Shown here: positions 57,905-64,000 of the stretch, piece after piece | How positions within the stretch are numbered: the first letter of the stretch is position 1 | Layout of the letters: the number at the start of each line of letters is the position of its first letter | NCBI GenBank assembly: GCA_910588505.1 | Contig: CAJUPQ010000001.1 | Coordinates: 22,137 to 86,136, forward strand | DNA length: 64,000 nucleotides | Direction: 5' to 3' | Source: an uncultured Hungatella sp. | GTDB lineage: Bacteria > Bacillota > Clostridia > Lachnospirales > Lachnospiraceae | The notes under the pieces: model-generated | What the model saw: the letters and a program-made list of their open reading frames with translations, nothing else | The model's database searches: none | What the model was told of the DNA's origin: nothing | Program-made: the position numbers and the translations under genes

Positions 57905-59419
57905 ATGAAAAAGTTATTATTTGCAGTTACAGGTTGTTTTCTGATGGCTTTTTGTAGTATTACAAACCCAGTAGTGGTAAAAGCTGACGAGGCCGTTTGG
58001 TATGAAGATTTACCGACGGCATCGACGGCCGAGGAACTATTCGGAACACACATATTTTCCACAGAAAACAATCCAACTAAAATCAGACTATCAAAGATAA
58101 CTGAACCCAATAATAACGAATTATTAGCTACCCCTTCCCAAGCCACTCGTTCTCAGGATTCGGATATAGCTATTTTAGAGGAACTGATTGCATCTGATAC
58201 TTCGGTAAGTATACCTTATAACGGACGTTCGAAATTTATAGATATAATTGCAAAAATAGATGATGATACCTATGTAAATGTAACTTCAGTTGTTGACTGG
58301 GAAAGTGAAGATAATGGAATTGCCTATGCCTATAATGGTAGAATTTTGGCAAGGGATGAAGGAATCACTACTGTTAAAGCATCTTTAGCAAATGTTAATG
58401 TACTGATTGATGTGGTGGTTGAGGACTACATTGATTTGGAAGCAGAAATAGAAAGATTGAATAGTCTCTATCCAGATTCTCCAGGAGGTGTTTCTACGTA
58501 TGCAATTACACATGATGAAAGAGATGCTATAATTTCTCGCGGTAAAGAAATGTTAAATGTATCATGGGTTCCAACCCAAAATTTAGTTGGTTGGAGAGGA
58601 AATTATACTTTCCTAAAGGGAGAAAAAGTAATTGGAATCCCATATACTCAAAATAAGCAGAAAAATGCGGCAGGATTTTTAGCGGTATTATCTGCTTCCG
58701 ATTTTTATAACACAGTTACTGTAAATGGTAAGAAAATGCCACAATACGGAAATGACTGTTCGGGATTTTTAAGTTTTGCTTGGGATATATCCAGACAGAC
58801 AACTTATGATTTTACACAAGGGATAAAAAATGGAACATACGCCCAAGTTGGTTCTTATTCTGCAAGTACAGAAACGCCGAATCAGTCAGATTTGAAGAGC
58901 TCTTATAATTATTTGAAGCGTGGCGATGGTTTGGTATGCAGAATTGATAATAATGGACATGCGCTTTTGGTATCTGTTCCTGATCCCCAAAATGAGTTAG
59001 TGCATGTATACGAACAAACACCACCACAAACAACCATTAACACATGGACATATCAAGAACTTGCCGAGGGAGGATATAAGCCCTTTACTCAATCATCAAC
59101 AGATGGATGGTATAAAATAAACGGGTATTGGTACTATTATGAAAATGATACTGAAGCATCTGGCTGGAAACAAATAGACGGATACTGGTATTATTTTTTA
59201 CCAGAAAGTCATAGAATGGCAACGGCTTGGCAGCAGGTTGGGGGCGTATGGTATTATTTGAATCCAGACAGTGGAGCTATGCACGAAGGATGGTTGCTGT
59301 ATAACAATGATTGGTACTATCTAAAATCTGGATCAGGGGCTATGGCGTCTAATGAATCTCTTGTCATTGATGGAAAAACATATCATTTTAATTCATCAGG
59401 TGTTTGTACAAACCCCTAA
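57905..59419 (+). CDS. Secreted NlpC/P60-like cysteine hydrolase with Ig-like domain and cell-wall (choline-binding-type) repeats
   Basis: Signal peptide; Big_2-like WESEDNGIA..NGRI; GIPY..GNDCSGFLSFAW..GHALLV..YEQ; repeats GWKQIDGYWYYF, WQQVGGVWYYL, GWLLYNNDWYYL. Confidence 0.78.
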   Translation: MKKLLFAVTGCFLMAFCSITNPVVVKADEAVWYEDLPTASTAEELFGTHIFSTENNPTKIRLSKITEPNNNELLATPSQATRSQDSDIAILEELIASDTSVSIPYNGRSKFIDIIAKIDDDTYVNVTSVVDWESEDNGIAYAYNGRILARDEGITTVKASLANVNVLIDVVVEDYIDLEAEIERLNSLYPDSPGGVSTYAITHDERDAIISRGKEMLNVSWVPTQNLVGWRGNYTFLKGEKVIGIPYTQNKQKNAAGFLAVLSASDFYNTVTVNGKKMPQYGNDCSGFLSFAWDISRQTTYDFTQGIKNGTYAQVGSYSASTETPNQSDLKSSYNYLKRGDGLVCRIDNNGHALLVSVPDPQNELVHVYEQTPPQTTINTWTYQELAEGGYKPFTQSSTDGWYKINGYWYYYENDTEASGWKQIDGYWYYFLPESHRMATAWQQVGGVWYYLNPDSGAMHEGWLLYNNDWYYLKSGSGAMASNESLVIDGKTYHFNSSGVCTNP

Positions 59420-59443
59420 TCTCTGAAAAACGGGGGGCATATT

Positions 59444-60043
59444 ATGAAAAAAAGTACAATTTTCATAATTATTAGTCTGATTACAATATCGTTTCTTTTG
59501 GTATCATGTAATCAAACAGAAGACGATAATAACCAAACTGAACAACCGCTTGAGCTAGATTCTTCCTATGAAAGCGAATATTATGATTTTTTGTTTCAAT
59601 ATCCATCTCAATGGACTATAACGGAAGAACCGTGGTCTCCAGCGACAAAAACGAAAGAAAGTGATCCAGAAAAAATAGTTGACCTTTTTATCAGCGGAGA
59701 AGAAAAAATAGTGATTTTTGATTCTCTTTCTCGTAATGGTGGGCTCTTTCGGCTGGTGTCTGGAGATAATAGTGAGATTGTGAATGTTCTTGGCATTACA
59801 GGAACAATGATTACAGAGACAAAAGATGCCGAAGGAGAGTGTCCATGGATATGGATTTTAGCTTATTATGAAGATGGGTATACAGAGGGAATTGGCATGG
59901 GTGGCTCTTATGGCGCATGTGTGCAGGTAAAGAAAGAAACTTATGAACAATATAAAGAATTAATCGTGGAGATATTGAAAAGTGTTCATATGAAGAGAAT
60001 TAAAGGTAAATCTGCCGAAAATAAGACGTTTTTTATAGGCTAA
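59444..60043 (+). CDS. Lipoprotein (PsbP-like fold suspected)
   Basis: Lipobox LLVSC; YDFLFQYPSQW motif and C-terminal helix EILKSVHM. Confidence 0.7.
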   Translation: MKKSTIFIIISLITISFLLVSCNQTEDDNNQTEQPLELDSSYESEYYDFLFQYPSQWTITEEPWSPATKTKESDPEKIVDLFISGEEKIVIFDSLSRNGGLFRLVSGDNSEIVNVLGITGTMITETKDAEGECPWIWILAYYEDGYTEGIGMGGSYGACVQVKKETYEQYKELIVEILKSVHMKRIKGKSAENKTFFIG

Positions 60044-60084
60044 GCCCAAGTGCTGCGATTTAGCGGTTGCATTTGCTAGGAAAA

Positions 60085-60350
60085 CCTGACTCTTACAGAA
60101 CTAATGTTCTTTTTGGACCGCAAACCACGAATTTTTCGTGGTTTGCGGCCTTCCTTATTTTACTGTTTATGGTTGTGTTTTTCCGCTCTTTTTCACATCT
60201 CCTTAGACTTTCCAGGATGGGTGTGACACCATATTTTCTCCCCAGACAGTATTCCAGAAGCCTTGACAGTACCAGCGCAACAAAACGGATCAGGAAATGG
60301 GTCTGGATAGGCTCCAGGTTCTGCAGATATACCGGTCGTGTCTCCAGATG
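60085..60350 (-). mobile_element. IS1634-family transposase C-terminal remnant with probable element end
   Basis: Minus-strand frame LETRPVYLQ..IQTHFLIRFVALVLSRLLEY; hairpin at 60116-60150; possible terminus CCTGACTCTTACAG at 60085. Confidence 0.7.
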
Positions 60351-60374
60351 GGAGAGACCAGATAATCCAGAAAC

Positions 60375-60581
60375 CTACCGGAACAAGGTACACCCCATTT
60401 CTTTGAAATACACGATCTTTTTTTCAATATCTTCTCTGGTAATATCAAACGCCTCTGCCAGGCAGTCCAGGCAGTAGAACACCTGGCTGCCGCGGTTCAC
60501 CAGCTTTCTGGTGGCCCCGATCTCATCAGAGGTCAGGGGCTTTTTGCATTTTCTGCAATACTCTTTCTTATTCTTGTCCAT
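60375..60581 (-). CDS. Small CxxC-CxxC zinc-binding protein
   Basis: YCRKCKK...YCLDCLA...GCTLF; starts 8 nt after the GH27 stop. Confidence 0.7.
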   Translation of the reverse strand: MDKNKKEYCRKCKKPLTSDEIGATRKLVNRGSQVFYCLDCLAEAFDITREDIEKKIVYFKEMGCTLFR

Positions 60582-60588
60582 AGGTCCC

Positions 60589-61770
60589 CTATTTTGCCAG
60601 GCGGCAGAGGAATAATCTGCAGTCATGCCCGGGAACGGAGACAATATAATAATCTTTCTTCACGCCTAAATCCTCCCCGGTAAAGATATCCCTCATGGCA
60701 AACCCGTACCCGGAGGTGTAGGGGACTCCGGCGTCGGCGAAGATACAGCTGATTTCCCGCTCCTCATCAAACAGATTGTAGCAGGCGATGACAAACTCAT
60801 GGTCAGACAGATGTTTGATGAAGGTGTACAGCTGGTCCTTCACAGCCCTCAAAGGCTCCACCGCGTTTTCCCGGTCCTCCTCGGGCACCATGACGCTCCG
60901 CTTCCCGACCAGATAAGGGGGACGGCACTCCACATCCTGGTCAATGCGGATCAGCTCTCTGTTCAGCAGAAGCTCCTTCATCCGGGGATTCAGCTTCCGG
61001 ATGTCAGCCCCGATCATGAGAGGAACCCCGGCAAGACACCACAGGGAGAATTGCATCCGGTATTCTCCGTCTGTGCAGGGCTTGCCGATGGCCACATTAC
61101 CCTGGTTGTACATGCCTACGGTCAGCATGTCCAAGTCATTGAAGCAGTATGGGCCGGACTGGGAGAGATGTTCCAGCTGGGACTGGAAAATCCCCATAAA
61201 GGAGCGGAAGTTGTCAAAAATATCCCCGGTGGAGCGGTACATGTGAGCACCGATGGACCGCATCCAGTTCCAGGAATCGTGATGGCCCCAGTTGCAGGCC
61301 GCGAAACAGATCTCCCGTCCCGTGGCTTTTAAGGCCATGCTCATAATGTGGTAGCGGTTGATGCCGTCGGCATTTTCCGGGAAATTGCAATAGTCGTATT
61401 TCAGATAGTCCACGCCCCACCGGGCAAACAGCTGTGCGTCCTGAAATTCGTGGTCATAGCTGGAGGGATAGCCTGCGCAGGTGCGGATCCCGGCGCAGGA
61501 GTACATGCCGAACTTCAGGCCCGCCCTGTGGACATAATCCGCCACTGCTTTCATGCCATGGGGGAATTTTGCCGGGTCCGGCACAAGGTTTCCCTCTTCA
61601 TCCCGCTCTTTTAAAGACCAGCAGTCGTCAATGACCAGGTATTCGTATCCTGCCTCCCGATAGCCCTCCCGGACTAAAACGTCCGTTATCTGGAAAATCA
61701 GCTCCTCATCAATGTCCTGTCCAAATGTGTTCCATGAATTCCACCCCATAGGCGGTGTTGCTGCTAGCAT
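60589..61770 (-). CDS. Alpha-galactosidase, glycoside hydrolase family 27
   Basis: TPPMGWNSWN, IDDCW, YLKYDYC, YRSTGDI, FNDLDML. Confidence 0.93.
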   Translation of the reverse strand: MLAATPPMGWNSWNTFGQDIDEELIFQITDVLVREGYREAGYEYLVIDDCWSLKERDEEGNLVPDPAKFPHGMKAVADYVHRAGLKFGMYSCAGIRTCAGYPSSYDHEFQDAQLFARWGVDYLKYDYCNFPENADGINRYHIMSMALKATGREICFAACNWGHHDSWNWMRSIGAHMYRSTGDIFDNFRSFMGIFQSQLEHLSQSGPYCFNDLDMLTVGMYNQGNVAIGKPCTDGEYRMQFSLWCLAGVPLMIGADIRKLNPRMKELLLNRELIRIDQDVECRPPYLVGKRSVMVPEEDRENAVEPLRAVKDQLYTFIKHLSDHEFVIACYNLFDEEREISCIFADAGVPYTSGYGFAMRDIFTGEDLGVKKDYYIVSVPGHDCRLFLCRLAK

Positions 61771-61936
61771 ATAGATTCCTCCTTGCTCCGTGGCAGAGCG
61801 GCGGTTCTGTCCGGATAGACGGATGAACAGCTGTCGTGGGCTTTGCCTGCGGGTATTGTTGAGGCAATCATATAACAGGGGGATGGGGATGTAAATAGAT
61901 TTTTGTCAGAGGAATATGAGGAAATGTGTACTATAA

Positions 61937-61967
61937 GTAACAGTTCAAGGGTTATCTGAACTGTTAC
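61937..61967. mobile_element. 31 bp palindromic mini-element, copy B (inverted)
   Basis: The reverse complement matches copy A at 29/31; flanks TACTATAA / TACTGTAA (7/8). Confidence 0.7.
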
Positions 61968-62141
61968 TACTGTAAGCAACTGCTCAGACAGGCCTGCGCG
62001 TTCACTGAGCTGACCATAAGAAAACGTAGCGGCAGCAGGCATACTGCCATGGATATTGCAAAGGAAAATGGCAAGAAATGAGATAACCATGTTAAAAATC
62101 TATATATGTTGTGATAAAATAATGATACGGAGGCGTATGTT

Positions 62142-62699
62142 ATGGGGAAGCGGTCAGTTAGAATAGAGAATATTACGATAGAAAACTTTAAAAATGTAAA
62201 AAAGGCTCTATTGATCTTGAAAACAAAAGAAAAGATTATAGGGTAAGTATTGTTGGTATTTATGGTCAGAATGGATCAGGTAAAACATCGCTGATTGACG
62301 CTTTGGCATTAGACGGGGGGTGACGATACAGCGCTAAATATGCAGGAAGATGCTTCTAAGTTAGAGTCACGCACAGAGGTATTCGACGAAGTACTTTCCT
62401 ATGCGTTCTCATCACAGACTGAAAAAGTAAGAAAGGGTCCACTGATTGACACCGGAACCGATGAGGTATTTATACCAAGATCCAAATTTGCAGAATTAGT
62501 GGGTTTAGATAAGAGTAAGACGATGGATTTGCTTGTCATCAATACAAAAAATTCGGGCTTGATCAGTATGAATGCGTTTCCGCCTGCTTTTAAATGTTTG
62601 AAAGAATGGGACAATGAAAAAGGCTATCTGACAGATAACTGTCTGACAGCCCAGGATAAATACAAAGGGTATTTGGATTATTTCAGGATTGCATATTAA
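62142..62699 (+). pseudogene. Decayed ABC/AAA_21-type ATPase gene
   Basis: RBS GGAGG; IENITIENFKNV, a frameshift in an A-run, then IYGQNGSGKTSLIDAL (Walker A), an early stop, and downstream fragment ORF 62340-62699. Confidence 0.7.
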
Positions 62700-62728
62700 T
62701 ATGCTTTCCTTTTTCTTTGGGCGTTTAT

Positions 62729-63466
62729 TCAGCCCGGTTTCCTCACAGCATTTTCATAAAACCGAAAATGATCCGGCCGGTGGCGGGACTGGGTGTACTC
62801 AAACATGACCCCGTCACTGTTGTAGGTCTGGCTGGTAACCACTGCCATGCAGTTATAGTCCTCAGCATTCATGCCCAGATACTTTTCGTCGATCTGGGTC
62901 ATCTTCTCCACGGTCATGACCCGCTTGCTGTTTACAATGGTCATGTGCAGCGTATTTTCCAGATACTGATAAATGGAAGTCTCCGCGATCTCTTTGGTGA
63001 GTCCGGGGACTGCTTCTTTTAAAAAGTAATTATGGTTAAGGATCAGGGGCATATCGTCCAGATAGTGGAGACGCTGGATATAGTAAATATCCGCTCCCGA
63101 GGGAAAACCGGTGTACCGGGACTGGCCCTGGCTGACGGGAAACTCCGCAAATAGAAGGACTTCTGTGTGGGGGTGATGGCCGTTTCTGGCGGCAGACTCC
63201 CGAAATGTCTCAATCTCCCCGATGGTAAAGGCGGTCTGGGCCACGGGCTGGTAGATATTGCGAACCCCTTTTCCCTGTATGGTCTGCACATAGCCATCGG
63301 TCACTAAGCGCCCCACGGCCCGGCGCAGGGTGTTGCGGGAGCAGTTGTAGGTCTGGATCAATGTGTTTTCCGACGGCAGCAGCTCCTGATAGGCGAAAAC
63401 ATCGGTTTCAATCTTCTGTTTCAGGTCTTTATAAATCTCTTCGTATCTTGCTTTTGGCATATCCAT
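62729..63466 (-). CDS. treR: Trehalose operon repressor (GntR/UTRA)
   Basis: LPSENTL, SRNTLRRA, GKG, FEYTQSRHRPDHFRF; divergent from the trehalose PTS gene. Confidence 0.9.
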   Translation of the reverse strand: MDMPKARYEEIYKDLKQKIETDVFAYQELLPSENTLIQTYNCSRNTLRRAVGRLVTDGYVQTIQGKGVRNIYQPVAQTAFTIGEIETFRESAARNGHHPHTEVLLFAEFPVSQGQSRYTGFPSGADIYYIQRLHYLDDMPLILNHNYFLKEAVPGLTKEIAETSIYQYLENTLHMTIVNSKRVMTVEKMTQIDEKYLGMNAEDYNCMAVVTSQTYNSDGVMFEYTQSRHRPDHFRFYENAVRKPG

Positions 63467-63601
63467 TCACCCCCCATAAAGATGATGCTGCCTTCGGGGC
63501 CCAAAGCTATGTACCAACAACCAACATGCAGGCATGTCAGACATGATCGTTTGCCCTTGGCTTTATAAAGATTATAGAAATAAAAAATCAAAAAGTCAAG
63601 A

Positions 63602-63684
63602 GCTTGTTCAAACAAATTTCGGAAAGTGGTTGACATGTTTAAACAAGTATGGTATAACATACTCAACAACATGTTCAAACAAGT
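63602..63684 (+). promoter_or_regulatory. treP promoter with three TreR operator-like palindromes
   Basis: TTGACA(63630)-17-TATAAC(63653) with extended TG; sites TTGTTCAAACAA, ATGTTTAAACAA, ATGTTCAAACAA. Confidence 0.8.
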
Positions 63685-63707
63685 TAAAACAGGTGGAGGT
63701 AGGAAGA

Positions 63708-64000
63708 ATGGGAACGTATGCGGAAGACGCAAAACAGTTGTTACGTCTGGTAGGCGGAAAAGAGAACATCGCGGCAGTTTCACATTGTATGACAAGAATG
63801 CGGTTTGCCCTGGCAGACCCGGGGAAAGCGGATGTAGGAGCCATCGAAGCCATGAAGGTGGTGAAAGGAAGTTTTACCCAGTCAGGCCAGTTCCAGGTGA
63901 TCATCGGCAACACGGTGGCTGATTTTTACAATGATTTTATAAAGGTGGCAGGAATTGAGGGCGTATCAAAGGACGCGGTAAAGCAGGCGGCAAAGAAAAA
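63708..64000 (+). CDS. treP: PTS trehalose-specific EIIBC, N-terminal part (truncated by window end)
   Basis: GGKENIAAVSHCMTRMRF, GQFQVIIGN, VSKDAVKQAAK. Confidence 0.88.
   Translation, partial: MGTYAEDAKQLLRLVGGKENIAAVSHCMTRMRFALADPGKADVGAIEAMKVVKGSFTQSGQFQVIIGNTVADFYNDFIKVAGIEGVSKDAVKQAAKK

Noticed and set aside
60067..60477. 136 aa plus-strand ORF
   Set aside because: It is antisense to the IS1634-like remnant and the small zinc protein.

Overview
64 kb of chromosome from a Firmicute, most likely a gut Lachnospiraceae (inferred from gene content and order). All assignments come from reading motifs by eye; no searches were run. From left to right: the end of a histidine kinase, a decayed AAA-ATPase/PD-(D/E)XK gene, and housekeeping genes (ansA, cls, plsC, pheA, a divergent ppx, ppk1). 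Next come a two-component system with an ABC module and a YdjG/H/I-like zinc-ribbon/SPFH/TPM envelope module. An AT-rich orphan gene follows, encoding a catalytically degenerate dCTP-deaminase-fold domain fused to three transmembrane helices; this is the top candidate for an undescribed, possibly anti-phage, system. Then a 12 kb surface-glycan locus (GDP-heptose pathway, two GT-C-like membrane proteins, CDP-dideoxyhexose genes, LicD, GT2s), followed by ThrE exporters, pyrC, HIT, ABC-F and a BCCT transporter. A 10-gene fructose-family PTS operon encodes an unknown sugar pathway (aldolase, IolC-like kinase, YdjG-like reductase, DhuI-like isomerase, two Fe-ADHs). An AT-rich island between two IS remnants carries a BlaR1/BlaI-like pair with a Cys/His-rich sensor, a cell-wall-binding NlpC/P60-like hydrolase and a lipoprotein. 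The window ends with GH27, an ATPase relic and treR/treP. Two dispersed non-coding palindromic families are visible: a 100-165 bp hairpin in 3 copies, and a 31 bp element with 8 bp flanking duplications in 2 copies. No rRNA, tRNA or CRISPR array was seen.
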